NCBI RefSeq assembly: GCF_006345805.1
Contig: NC_043004.1
Span: 98,890,001 to 98,954,000 of the forward strand
DNA length: 64,000 nt
From: Octopus sinensis
Lineage: Eukaryota
Reading direction: 5' to 3'
Part shown: in pieces, positions 38,265 through 52,473 of the stretch
Layout: the number at the start of each line of letters is the position of its first letter
Position numbering within the stretch: position 1 is the stretch's first letter
Position numbers and translations under genes: made by a program
The notes under the pieces: model-generated
What the model was told of the DNA's origin: nothing
The model's input: only the letters and a program-made list of their open reading frames with translations
Database searches by the model: none

Positions 38265-38556
38265 TAGTAGGTTGAACCAATTGAACAGCCTGCTTAGGTA
38301 ATGTACGTGCAAGTAGCTGAGTACCCCACAGACATGCATACCCTTAATGTAGATCTCACGGAGATTCAGCAGGACACAGAATGTGAAAAGGCTGGCTTTT
38401 TGAAATACACATACATTTTTGTCAGCTGAGTGGACTGAACCAATGTGAAACAAAGAGTCTTGCTCAAGGACACAAGGCACTGCTGAGAATCAAATTCATG
38501 ACTTTATGATCATGAACCAGATATGACCCCTAAGCACTAAGCCACGTGCTTTCACA
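38265..38556 (-). mobile_element. tRNA-derived SINE (family E head and core) sharing its 3' tail with family D
   Basis: Head GTGAAAGCACGTGGCTTAGTGCTTAG; GTCCTTGAGCAAGAC core; tail homologous to 51560-51690. Confidence 0.65.
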
Positions 38557-38924
38557 CTGCATTGATATCTGTTAGTCTGAACTCCAATCCTTCTGTTGAG
38601 ACCTGCCTGACACACCAGCTTGTTTTTGTTGTCATGCCTGTAGAGGCCCAGCCATCAGTGGGGGTACATGACCGATAGAATAAGTACTAGGCTTACAAAG
38701 AATAAGTCCTGGATTCGACTTGCTCAGCTAAAGGCAGTGCTCCAGCATGGCTGCAGTCAAATAACTGAAACAAATAAAAGAATAAAAGGATCTGCTTCCT
38801 ACAGATTTCAAAAGTAATTATCAATTACATTTCTCTAAGCAATCTGAGCTTGAAAGGCCTTAAAAGCTCATCAGAACTTTTCTTCCATCTCTGAAATAGC
38901 TCACAAAGAGAACATTTCTTTTTC

Positions 38925-39555
<631 letters not shown>

Positions 39556-40492
39556 CTGAAAACGAAAAAATAAATAAGATATTATTTTATAAAGAAAATT
39601 CCCCCAAACTTAAGACAATATTTCCCTTTCAAGACTCAGTTATATGGTATTTGTTTTTCCTTTGTATAATTATCTTTTCGAATTGACATTTTGAGGCCCT
39701 CCCTTTCACTCCAAATAATTTGAAGATTTTTATTTAAATATTTATTTTGCCAGAAACCTATCACTTACAAACTCACCTTTCATATCTTAGCATAAAATAA
39801 CATTATTTTTTTTTTTACTTTTGCACTATGAAGGCTTGAGAGATTAATTAACAGTGCTTTCCATTTTTCTTTTACTCTCAAGATATATGAAAATCAAAAG
39901 AACTAATCTTTGTGAAAAATGTGAATAGTGTTACAAATAAATTTGAACAAAAACAAAAAAAAAACGATAAACATCTACATATTGTTCAACCAACAGAAGA
40001 AAATGTTTTACAATTACCACACATAATCTCATCCACCCCAACCTCACTTCCAACACCACTGATACCATACTAAAGATAAAGAATTTCTGTGAATTGAGAT
40101 TCAAATCCAAATATTTTGATAATAAAATGAAAGAAGTTTCATTTATTATTAATTTCTGGCAGAGGCTCAAATGTTTGAAATAAGTTGATTTAATTAATCT
40201 TACTTTCTATGTAACATGCTAATGAGGGAGCACATATATGGGTACTCAGCTAGCTAGTAAAAGCTACCAAATTTTCCTCAGATCTCACAATACCATCTTT
40301 AAATAAAGAAAGATACATTTAACAATGCTGTTTCCATATTATACAGGACAGTCATGGATGGAAGTCTTTTCGTCATAGGTCTACTGATTTGAAGTTGATT
40401 TTGGCCAAACATTTCACCATTTGTTTTTCTTACAGATCAGTTACAAGCAAAAGGGCCTCATTTATGAACTTTTTCTTATATCTTCCCTTTGC

Positions 40493-40821
40493 TCTCTTTT
40501 ACTTGTTTCAGTCATTTGACTGCGGCCATGATGGAGCACCACCTTTAGTCAAGCAAATCGACCCCAGGACTTAATTTTTGTTAGCTTAGTACTTATTCTA
40601 TTGGTCTCTTTTGCCGAACTGCTAAGTTACAGGGACGTAAGCACACCAGCATCGGTTGTCAAGCAATGTTGGGGAGACAAACACAGACACACAAACATAT
40701 ACACACACACATACATATGTATATATATATTATATTGTGTGAAATCTGATTTAGTATTTCTAAATTGAATTTTTTCCCTGTAAATTTGGATTATATTCCC
40801 TCAAATAATTATATATATATA

Positions 40822-40873
<52 letters not shown>

Positions 40874-41062
40874 ATATACATATATATATATACATATATA
40901 TGACAGGCTTCTTTCAGTTTCCGTCTACCAAATCCACTCACAAGGCTTTGGTCGGCCCAAGACTATAGTAGAAGACACTTGCCCAAGGTGCCACACAGTG
41001 GGACTGAACCCGGAACCATGTGGTTGGTAAGCAAACTACTTACCACACAGCCTCTCCTGCAC
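40493..41062 (-). mobile_element. SINE family A with expanded internal (TA)n
   Basis: Both halves are intact, separated by ~200 bp of TA-rich sequence. Confidence 0.85.
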
Positions 41063-41369
41063 CTTCTTGAATTATTTATTATCTTTTTGAAGCAATTGTA
41101 ACTCTGGTGAGGAAGTGGGAAAGGAATCAGGGCTGTGTTCTGAATACTTGCAACTGGGAGATGTGATTACAAAGAGGTCCCTTCACTGGGTTCTTCAAAA
41201 CATTGATGTTTCTTGAATTTCCCAAAGAATGGCAATAACTACGATTGCTTAAAACTTTCTTGAGTAATAGGAAGTGTAAAGACAAATTCCATCAGGGATA
41301 CAACAAACATACACCCTGACAATATATATATACAGATATATACATCAATATGCATGTATGTATATATAT

Positions 41370-41600
41370 ATTTCTTTACTGCCCACAAGGGGCTAAACAT
41401 AGAGGGGACAAACAAGGGCAGATAAACGGACTAAGTCGATTACATCGACCCCAGTGCGCAACTGGTACTTAATTTATCGACCCCGAAAGGATGAAAGGCA
41501 AAGTCAACCTCGGTGGAATTTGAACTCAGAACGTAACCGCAGATGAGATACGGCTACGCATTTCGCCCGCCACGCTAACGTTTCTGCCAGTTCGCCGCCT
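41370..41600 (-). mobile_element. SINE family B
   Basis: Reverse complement of the 33568 unit. Confidence 0.9.
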
Positions 41601-42005
41601 ATGTATATATATATACATGTATGTATATATGTTCGCATGTATGTATATATACACATTAATATGTGTGTATACAGGTGTGTATGTGTGCGCATGTAAATTC
41701 TGATGATATCTGAAATAATATGCAACAATACTGTTAGCTGTAGGCGATTTCATATTTTAATAAGATGCATTGAAAGGTTTTGATATATAGGAGAGAAAGT
41801 GTTTAGGTATCTACATAATATTATACACAGATATATGGGTGAATAGGTACATAGATGCATAAGTGTGTGTGTGTGTGTGTGTGTATACATCTACACAGGT
41901 ACATATACCTGCATCCATTCACCTAGCCATCTACCCATACCTAAATACATAGTGCGATATTACATAAATCTGCTTAGCTTATTTACTTGAAATATATATA
42001 TATAT

Positions 42006-42412
42006 ATAGGCACAGGAGTGGCTGTGTAGTAAGTAGCTTGCTAAACAGCCACATGGTTCCGGGTTCAGTCCCACTGCGTGGCATCTTGGGCAAGTGTCTT
42101 CTGCTATAGCCCCGGGCCGACCAAGGCCTTGTGAGTGGATTTGGTAGACGGAAACTGAAAGAAGCCTGTCATATATATGTATATATATATATATGTATGT
42201 GTGTGTGTTTGTATGTCTGTGTTTGTCCCCCTAGCATTGCTTGACAACCGTGTCTGTGTTTACGTCCCTGTCACTTTGCGGTTCGGCAAAAGAGACCGAT
42301 AGAATAAGTACTGGGCTGACAAAGAATAAGTCCCGGGGTCGATTTGCTTGACTAAAGGTGGTGCTCCAGCATGGCTGCAGTAAATTACTGAAACAAGTAA
42401 AAGAGTAAAGAG
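42006..42412 (+). mobile_element. SINE family A
   Basis: Near-complete copy. Confidence 0.9.
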
Positions 42413-43630
42413 TATATATATATATACCTCATCCATAGAATTGAGCATTCTCTCTGTAAATTGTGCACAGGCTACTTTTAATATATGTCTGTATGTGCAT
42501 ACATAAAACATGAGAGGGAGAAGCAGAAGACAGAGCAGGAGATGGGGAAAGAGTTAAAGGTACCATTCTATAGTAAATGCTGTGGCTCAAAGATGCAAGA
42601 AACATCGTCATCATTGTTATCATCCTTATCAATAAGGAAAAGGGTTTTAAACAACAATTACAAATATGAGTCATTCAACCAGCAAGAAATAGTTGTCAAA
42701 TTGCCCTCAATCACATATTAGAAAATGTGGTCTTAGCTTCTCAGCACATGAGTAAAAGGTGGGATAATCCAGCTTGGAATATCTTTGGTCACAGGTCAGC
42801 CTGACCAGGTGCAAATAATGGAAAAAGTCAAGGGTACAACAAGCCAATGTAGGAACCTCTACTTGGGGTCCCTAAGTGCTAGAAATAGTAAACAAATGTT
42901 CCTCAGACTGCGTTCTACCACATTATAAAAAAACAATGCTTTGAGAAATCGAATTCTAGACACACAAAGCTTGTAGGAAACATGTGGTCTCAGTTAAAAT
43001 GTTTTAGAACATAAGCCTGTTTATGTCAGACCTAAGGCTACACAATAACAAAGTCTTTTTACAACTACACTGATTATTTGTAAAATCAGAAAATGGCTCA
43101 AATATTGAGCCTTATATGTCACTGTTTCATATCAATCTAGTACTTCACTCTTTCTCCTTTAATCCAGCCATATAAGGCCCTAAATATTTCACCTGTTTTA
43201 AGTCAAAAAAGACTAGATCTGAGCTCTCATACCTATCCTACAATGTCATTTAAAAAACAAATCCTGAAGCTATGAGATGATACATGATTAATTTAAATAA
43301 TATGAATTACATTGCACTACTTTTGACAGAGTAATCTAAATATTAAGGGTTAAATATTACTTAATTGATCAAACCTGAAAGGATCAGAGGCTAAAATCAA
43401 CCATTGCAGGATGTAATTTTAGAATACAAAGAGGCTCAACTAAATACTGTTAGTGATGTTGTCTCAGGCTCTCTCAGTTCTGCCAATTGAATGACCTCAT
43501 AACAACTACAATACAACAAAAAGATGTTTTTAATAGACAAGAAGATACTAGAGATAACAGCTTTGTTAGTTTATCATGTTAGTTAATTGAGCCTGGTGTA
43601 TTTATATGCTGAAAATAACTAAATACCAGT

Positions 43631-43681
<51 letters not shown>

Positions 43682-43913
43682 GACAAACTGTGGGTGACAC
43701 AGCTGGGTATCAGGATAGGAACTATGGTTTGACAACCAATGGAGTTGAAGAGGCCCAAGGGAGCTCCACAGCTGGCTTAGAAGTAGTGAATATGAATCCT
43801 AGACTGGATATGGCCTGAAAGTAGTGGATATGAACCAAAGAGTGGTCCCTGTGGAAAAGGCTAATAGCTTAGAAGATAGGAGAATATAAAAAATCATATC
43901 TAGAGTAGGTGAA

Positions 43914-44370
43914 GTGGATGATTGTAATGGAAGTACTAGAAATATTAGTTGTGATTGTGCAAGATACAGGGTCTGTCCACTTGACTGTGATTGTAAACAT
44001 AAAAATATCGTATACAGATGTAAGATTACCTCAGTGAATAGAGAATATTTCTATATAGGAGCTAGCTCATGTTATATTAAGCAGAGAATTGCCAATCATT
44101 TAAGTTCATTTAGAAATAGGGGCAAAATGAATACTACCAGATTTAGTAAACTAATTTGGGCACTTAAAGATAGTAACAAAGTATTTCAATTACTTGAGAA
44201 ATTATTAGTAAAGCAAAACCTTATAGAATAGGCAATAATAGATGTAACTTTTTTGTGGAGAAAATGTACCAAATTTTCTTTTCTAAATATACTATTATCA
44301 ATGCTAGACAGGAATAGGCTTTGACATGTCCACATTGTATTAAACATACATTTAAACAATTTAAAGAAAC
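43914..44370 (+). pseudogene. Penelope-like element GIY-YIG endonuclease C-terminus, decayed
   Basis: CDC...CPLDCDCKHKNIVYRCKI...FYIGAS...KQRIANHLSSF...TRFSKLIWALKD, then a frameshifted GNNRCN...INARQE..LTCPH. Confidence 0.8.
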
Positions 44371-44978
44371 ATAAATTATCAGCTTTAGTACTTATACTAG
44401 TTAATATAATGATTGTGATAATTAATGACCTTTTTTGCGAATAATGCTAAAATAATTTTAGTAACAATAATAATATTAATTGAGGGTATAAACACAAACA
44501 TAAGTGAATTACCTGTGAATGAATAATGTACCCTATACAGTAAAATGTAAACAAGACTACTAAACTTGCTTGTAATATGAATGAACATTTTATAAACCCC
44601 AATTCCACTATAATACCAATATAGGTGATTATAAAGTCAAAATTCAATTTGATTTAAAAAGTGACATAATAACCCTCAACTGAATACCAATGCAGAAAGC
44701 TTATTTGAATTAGTTCACTTTGAAAACATCACAAGTGATGAACCCTTGATAAAATTGCAGTGACTAGGATGCATAACTGCATTCTGAACAATGTGTAGAC
44801 GCTGCAATTGAAAGATATGTTGGTCATTGATATATATATACGCTGTAGAATACTTTTTTTAATAAAATGTTTTGGATGTGAATAAATCTCCACCCTCCTC
44901 TTCATTTTCAATTATATACACGTGCACACATACATATGTGTGGATGCATGTATGTATGTATAAATATATATATATGTT

Positions 44979-45022
<44 letters not shown>

Positions 45023-45616
45023 CATTTATACATGCATATAAGTTTATAGGTGTGTGTGTGTATGCATGATACATACGTATATAATCCTCCTCATCATCAT
45101 CATCATTTCGAAGTTCATTCTTCTATAATTGTATTCATCAGATGGTATTTGCTGAAGCAGATTTTCTATTGCTGCATGCTCTCCCTGTTGCCAACCTTCA
45201 TCTGTTTCCAAGTAAGGTTATATCACTTTATAGCCAAACACATTTTGACAGTGACACTTCCTTGTTTACATTTACCCATATTCTAATAATGGTTTCTTGA
45301 GTCTTCAGAAGCAGAATGCTTCACTTATAAGTGAAATGTTTTCTTTTAGCAAGAGGCTGCCCACATCCCACTTAAAGATACATAAACTGTAGCAAGTGGA
45401 GATGTATGCAACTTGCTCAGAGATACAATACAAAAGCTTTAGTAAAGCTGGAACACATTACCTTGTGCTCTCTTTGATATGATACAACTCATACTAAACA
45501 TTTTACCTTGCAATACCTCTTTCAACAGATTAGCTACCTACCCAGACACAACAGGTGACCTATCTCTCCTCTGTTTACTTCTAGATATACTAGAATTTTC
45601 CCATAAAATTTAGAGA

Positions 45617-46098
45617 TTCTCTTTTACTTGTTTCAGTCATTTGACTGTGGCCATGCTGGAGTACCGCCTTTAGTCGAACAAATCGACCCCAGGACTTATT
45701 CTTTGTAAGCTTAGTGCTTATTCTATCAGTCTCTTTTGCCAAACCGCTAAGTTACGGGGACATAAACACACCAGCATCGGTTGTCAAATGGTGTGTGGGA
45801 GACAAACACAAACATCACTTGACAAATGATGCTGGTGTATTTACATCTCCGTAACTTAGCGGTTCGGCAAAAGAGACCGATAGAATACACACACACACAA
45901 ACGCACACACACATATATATACATATACATATATTTAATGGGCTTCTTTCAGTTTCTGTATACAAGTTCCACTCACAAGGCTTTTGTTGGCCCGAGGCTA
46001 TAGTAGAAGACAGTTGCCCAAGGTGACAAGCAGTGGGATTGAATGCAGAACTATGTGGTTGGTAAGCAAGCTATTTACCACACAGTTACTCCAACGCC
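45617..46098 (-). mobile_element. SINE family A with an internal inverted segment (~45817-45885)
   Basis: Both halves are present; CTTGACAAATGATGCTGGTG...GAGACCGATAGAATA occurs in the opposite orientation in the middle. Confidence 0.8.
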
Positions 46099-46831
46099 TA
46101 TATCCTTCTCATTTTTCAAAAAGTTTAACTTCATATTTTTGTTAAATCCCTTTCACAAAAACCTTGATATGCAAAAATTGAGACTCTAAGCACAAAGAAT
46201 GATATATATATGCTAATCCAGAGGAAATTAAAGAAAAACAAGATAGAGAGTATTTTTTTTTTTCTTTAGCTTTACTTTTTTCTTTCTTTCATAAATTGTT
46301 AGAAAATAGATAAAGAAATTTTTTTTGTAAAGCTTGAGTAAAAACAAGAATATTTTAGAGAGAAATATGTGATGTATGTACAGAATGCAAATGAACCAAA
46401 AGACATGGTGATAATTCTTAGAGAATACACATAAACAGGAGGTGGAAAATATGGATTGAAAACTTGACAAATACCTGAGAAGCAATCAACAGATATTGGC
46501 AAAGAATTGACAACAAATCTGTGAAAATCCAGATTTCAGACAACCTTCCCACCACACACACACATGTGCATGGATTCTTGCCAGATGCATAAAACTAAGC
46601 AGAAAAGTTTGAGGTTGAAGAAAACTATCTGGTTCCATGTTCAATCTCACTGAATGGCACTTTGGGCGAGTGTCTTTTATTGGAGTCTAAGATTGATCAA
46701 TGCATTTTGAATGTAATTTAAAAGACAGAAACTGTAGAGAAGCCTAGATATTGTTGTTGTTCAGTTCCAGGTCAGTTCTGCTCCAGCTGATTTATGCTCA
46801 AAGGCACTTTAACCCATAATTATTCTGCTTG

Positions 46832-47280
46832 TTATTTTCCAGGCAATTGTGTTAGGTCTAAGTATTGTGGTGTATGCGAGAGATTTGAAATAGAGTCATC
46901 TACCTTCTCTTCGTCGATGCAAACCTCCTCAGCGGTAATGCACCGTTCCACATGGCCCGACCCAAATACTAGAAATATCAGCTGCTTTTCCCCTACCTTG
47001 ACATAGCACTCACATGTCCAGCTCTGTTGGCTACCCCAATCGAAAAGGCCCAATGCTCCCCTGCCTGCATGCATGTCACTCCTGCCCCTTCCTCTTCCAG
47101 TCACCCCCAAGTTCCAGTCAGCTTCCCAGCTGCTGATGTCATCCCACAAGTACAAACTTGGTACAAATTCTGCACATATTTCAGACTTGCATGAATAATT
47201 CTGTGCGCATCCAAATCCAAACTGTGTTCTTGTTGTTATTATAGACACACGATGTCCTTCATTTAGAAAATTGTGAACTT
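46832..47280 (-). CDS. Candidate coding (terminal) exon of an unidentified protein; Cys/Trp-rich
   Basis: ~150 stop-free codons of non-repetitive, GC-richer sequence ending in TAA at 46832-46834; no family recognised. Confidence 0.35.
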
Positions 47281-47509
47281 TTCAACTGGCTCTGATTTTC
47301 TGACAAGTTCCATTTGCGGTTATATTTTAGGATTTAGGAGAAAGCACCTTGAGTTCCAAATACTTGTTATTTATTATGCAATTTAAATCATCAGAATCAC
47401 ACACACATACACGCACACAAAGCGTTTTGTATCTAAACTATACTAATGTTTCATTTTTAGATTTAATTTGCAAGATTCTTTATATGAGTTCCTGTGTTGA
47501 AGCACATTC

Positions 47510-47938
47510 TGTTGTGTCTGGGGAGAGTCATTTTCTTTTTGTGCCTTATAATGTAACATACTCACCGGCAAAATTTCCACTTATTTCATATTTTTTATTT
47601 TCCTAAAATTTTCGTTGCTTCTTGCAACCTTTCCAATAGTCTTGACTCTGTCGGTTATTTACACTGCATTCCTTTTTGTTTGTTTGTGCGCATGTGCATA
47701 CACACACATATACTTACTTATTTACGCACATGCATGCATAGGCACACACACACACATGCACACAAACAAACCAAAAGGAACACAGTGTAAATAACGAACA
47801 GAGTCAAGACTAGTGAAAAGGTTGCAAGACGTAACAAAAATTTTAGGAAAATAAAAATAAGAAATAACTGGAAATTTTACCGGTGAGTGTGTTACATTAT
47901 AAGGCACAAAAAGAAAATGACTCTTCCCAGACACAACA
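47510..47938. repeat. Long imperfect palindrome (~190-bp arms, ~55-bp spacer), probably a fold-back/MITE-like element
   Basis: TGTTGTGTCTGGGGAGAGTCATTTTC... at 47510 is mirrored by ...GAAAATGACTCTTCCCAGACACAACA ending at 47938. Confidence 0.85.
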
Positions 47939-49244
47939 AAATATATTAATGTTATACATTAGGAAAAATAATGCTGTTGCTAGGAATTGAACTACACTTC
48001 AGTTATTTACCAACAAAATGTATTAAGCTTTGTACTGCACAGAGTTTTTAATTTGAACTTCTTTAAGTAAAGACAATGCAGAAGTATGGTATGAGAGAGA
48101 GAGAGAGAGAGGATTAAAAGTGCACTGTGAGAGGGAGCGCAAAATGAAGGGCGCATGGAGAGGAGAGAGAGAGAGAAAATTGAAAGACGCATTGAGAGAG
48201 AATGAAGGAGAGAGGAAGAAAGAGAGAGAGAGAGAAATGAAAGTGCACTGAGAGAGAAACAGAGAGAGAGAGAGAGAGAGAGAGTCCATTTTTATTTCTT
48301 TGAGAAGGCAAAATAGAAACAGAGAAAAGAAAAGTAGCCAAAATATAGGTAGAGAGAATAGGGATAAATAGAAGGAAACAGTGAAGAAAAAAGGGAGAGA
48401 GAGAGAGAGTGAAAGTGAGAGAGAGAGAGAGTGAGAGAGAGAGAGACAGAGATAGATGGGGAGTGAGCTGCATAGGAACAGTGAATAAAGAGTAAAAGAG
48501 AGTAAAAAATGGTTGAATGAGAATGAAAAGTAAAGACAGCCAAAAATAAAAATACAAATAAATAAGTAAATAAGAAGATAAAGTCATAGATTAGACAGAT
48601 TAACAGAACGAAATAAAAGAGATATTGGATTGAGTCGGTGTCCTAAACCTTGCCAGAAACAAATTGCCGAACATAAAACTGAGTGAAACCATCACAGATA
48701 AAATAGTAATCTTCGAAAAGTTCACTTCTGTACCTTTACATGTCTCTCTACTGAACAAAATGGCCGAAGTTACAACATAAGAACTGTATGCTCCAGTTCC
48801 CTCTGGTGAAGCATAAAAGTACTATAAAAACATGTAGGAACTTGTTATCTTTTGACCGGTAGCTAAATACCATTTTATTTTCCTAACATTTGCGTTGGAA
48901 ATGATTGAATAAAGATGCGGATCACTTTCCTTGTGTTTATAATACGATAAGGTCTTAGCATTTTTATTTTGTTTGCTTTTACGTGGGTGTTTTTTTTTAC
49001 ATTTATTCGTTTATTTATTTATTTTCTCCAGAGTTAAGGAATGACAGCCATCAGTGTTTCTGAGTTTAGTCTGGCTAATGACATCACGGCACCGATGCAG
49101 TGCATATTTTGGTCCTGGCTAATTTAATGAACAAACAAGAAACTACAGATTAGATTTTTTTTTTGACTGGAGTCGTAAATATATCATGTAATCTTCGTTG
49201 ATAGCCTTTAACGGGGGGGGGAGGAAGTATTAGTGAACACTGAC

Positions 49245-49715
49245 TGATCATGCTGGTGGTGGTTATGGTGGTGGTGGTGGTGATGGTGGAGATGTTACTG
49301 GTGTTGAGTGATGGTGGCAGTGGTGGTGGTGATGTTGGAGCCATTGGTATTGATGCTGATAGTAATGATGGAGGTGATGGTGGAGATGTTACTGGTGTTG
49401 AGTGATGGTGGCAGTGGTGGTGGTGATGTTGGAGACGTTGGTATTGATGCTGATAGTAATGATGGAGGTGATGGTGGAGATGTTACTGGTGTTGTGTGAT
49501 GGTGGCAGTGGTGGTGGTGATGTTGGAGCCATTGGTATTGATGCTGATAGTAATGATGGAGGTGATGGTGGAGATGTTACTGGTGTTGTGTGATGGTGGT
49601 AGTGGTTGTGGTAATGTTGGAGACGTTGGTATTGATGCTGATAGTAATGATGGAGGTGATGGTGGAGATGTTACTGGTGTTGAGTGATGGTGGTAGTGGT
49701 GGTGATGTTGGAGAT
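49245..49715. repeat. 94-bp tandem repeat (~5 units), GGT/GAT-rich
   Basis: Equivalent positions at 49308, 49402, 49496 and 49590. Confidence 0.9.
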
Positions 49716-49717
49716 GT

Positions 49718-49945
49718 TGGTAAGCTGGCAGAACCGTTAGCACGCCGGGTGAAATGCGTAGCTGTATTTCGTCTGCGTTACGTTGTGAGTTCAAATTCCG
49801 CCGAGGTCGACTTTACCTTTCATCCTTTCGGGGTCGATAAATTAAGTACCAGTTAGGCACTGGGGTCGATGTAATCGACTTAATACCTATGTCTGTCCTT
49901 GTTTGTCCCCTCTGTGTTTAGCCCCTTGTGGGTAATAAAGAAACA
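49718..49945 (+). mobile_element. SINE family B inserted into the 94-bp minisatellite
   Basis: Complete unit; minisatellite-like sequence resumes at ~49946. Confidence 0.9.
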
Positions 49946-50045
49946 GGTATTGATGTTTATGGTAATGATGGAGGTGATGGCGAAGATGTTGTTAGTGTTG
50001 AAAGTGATGGTGATTGTGATGATGTTAGTGGCATTAACAATGATA

Positions 50046-50084
<39 letters not shown>

Positions 50085-50657
50085 ATAATGGTGGAATCGC
50101 GAGAGCTATGTTGTTACAGAGAGTTATGGTTGCGATGGTAATAGTAATAGTAGTCGTGGAGGGGTGAAGGTTTATGTTAGGGGTGTCGATGGCATGGGGC
50201 TGATTAAGGAATTGGTGGCTATCGGAATGTAGGTAGTGATGAATAAAGGTGGTAGTATAGTGCTCTGATTGATAATCTACACCAGGATTGTTACCCCGTT
50301 TTGGGTAGCCCTCTTTGCTAGTGGTGACATTATTGGGGTGAAGATGGGAGTAGCAGTTGTGTTAGATGAGTGGCATAGTAACTAGTACTAGTGGTGATGG
50401 CTTCACTCTCAGTAATAATATTGCAGTTTGTAACAAAATGGTTGCATTGTTATTAACGATGAAGGCACAACTATACATGTGTGCCCCACACCACCAACTT
50501 TGTTTCTTTATAATTTTCAGAAAATGGATATTTTTTTATGAAATTTTCTACAAGCTCTTTTCAGATCATGTAAAATACAATTATATTGGAATTTAATGTG
50601 GGAAAATAGAAAAGAAAATGGTGGGTGTGCAGACATACATAATGACACATCACATAT

Positions 50658-51077
50658 CTCTTTTACTCTTTTACTTGTTTCAGCCATTTGACTGTGGCCA
50701 TGCTGGAGCACGACATTTAGTCGAGCAAATCGACCTCAGGACTTATTCTTTTGTAAGCCCAGTACTTATTCTATCAGTCTCTTTTGCTGAACTGCTAAGT
50801 TACGGGGAAGTAAACACACCAGCATTGGTTGTCAAGTAATGTTAGGAGGACAAACACAGACACACAAACATACACACACGCACACACACACACACAGACA
50901 CACATATATATATATGCATATATACGCTGGGCTTCTTTCAGTTTCCATCTACCAAATCCACTCAGAAGGCTTTGGTCAGCCCAAGGCTATAGTAGGAGAC
51001 AATTACCTAAGGTGCCACACAGTGGAACTGAACCCGGAACCATGTGGTTGGTAAGCAAGCTACTTACCACACAGCCA
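50658..51077 (-). mobile_element. SINE family A
   Basis: Colinear reverse-complement match. Confidence 0.9.
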
Positions 51078-51519
51078 AATATATATATATATATATCTAC
51101 AAAATAAAATTCAAGAATAATGGAAAAATTATGTGATGGATACGCATCTTTTTTTTTAATTGATTATTTATTTTCACACTAGATTCAAATTTAATCATAT
51201 TCTACACACCTGAAAGGCTTTTTAGACGATTTCATTAGAAAAATGTCTATTTTTCTGAAAGTAATGTGGCATATTGCTTAGATAGGACTTGATGTGTTGG
51301 AACGATGATGACTGTGTTCTGTCCTATTAATAAACCAAAATCATCATTGTTTAATTAACATTTATTGTTATAGAAATATTCTAAACTATTTACATTTTTA
51401 CATTGTTGCTTGATAGTAGTGCATAAAGATGTGCTAAATTGAATGTAATTTGTACTTAAATAACTTACTAATAGAAGAAATTATCTTTGTGTGTGAAGCA
51501 GGAATTATATATATAGGAG

Positions 51520-51897
51520 CACTCTGTCAGTTACGACGATGAGGGTCCCAGCTGATACGATTAATGGAACAGCTTGCTCGTGGAATTAACGTGCAAGTGG
51601 CTGAGCACTCCACAGACACGTGTACCCTTAACGTAGTTCTCAAGGAGATTCAGCGTGACACAGAGAGTGACAAGGCCGGACCCTTGAAATACAGGTACAA
51701 CAGAAACAGGAAGAAAGAGTGAGAGAAAGTTGTCGTGAAAGAGTACAGCAGGGTTCACCACCATCCCCTGCGGGAGCCTCGTGGAGCTTTAGGTGTTTTC
51801 GTTCAATAAACACTCACAATGCCCGGTCTGGGAATCGAAACCACGATCCTACGACCGCGAGTCTGCTGCCCTAACCACTGGGCCATTGCGCCTCCAC
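51520..51897 (-). mobile_element. SINE family D, full length
   Basis: Reverse complement starts GTGGAGGCGCAATGGCCCAGTGGTTAGGGCAG...GGTTTCGATTCCC (A and B boxes). Confidence 0.85.
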
Positions 51898-52285
51898 GTG
51901 AAGCATGAATACCACTTTGTTCACCATAGACGAAGAATCCTTCAACATGGGGCTGAGTTTTGACCAAGGAAACTTGTCAATATAAAGGGTTTGTTGTCTG
52001 TAATTCTGAAGTGCACCAATCTCTTTTGTCGGTGACTAAGAATTGGCTGGCTACTTATTTGTATGGTGAGAAGTGAAGATAATGTGTCCATGGTACGTGC
52101 TTGGAGAAGAGCAGTAATGACAAAGTAGTAATTCTTTTTAACACAGGTCGAACAGGGACCGAGATTCCTGAAGTATTCTGTATTTTCTGAAATCTTCTCA
52201 AACCTCTATGATTATTCTGATACACTCTCGAATAACCAGTTCAGCATGGGAACCTCATGGAATACTGTAGAATATAGGATGATAT

Positions 52286-52425
52286 TACAGTTCTGTATTT
52301 AAGAGATGAGGAATTATGTACATTATTTACATTTGATGGATATTTGTCCTCATTTTGTTTGTTGCGTAGTGGTTAAGAGCATAGGCTACTGACCCCAAGA
52401 TTCTGAGTTTGATTCCAGGCAGTGA

Positions 52426-52473
<48 letters not shown>

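Noticed and set aside
51820-51897. tRNA genes (also 6372, 52362, 56066 and SINE A/B heads)
   Set aside because: A and B boxes only; no complete cloverleaf, and each continues into a SINE body
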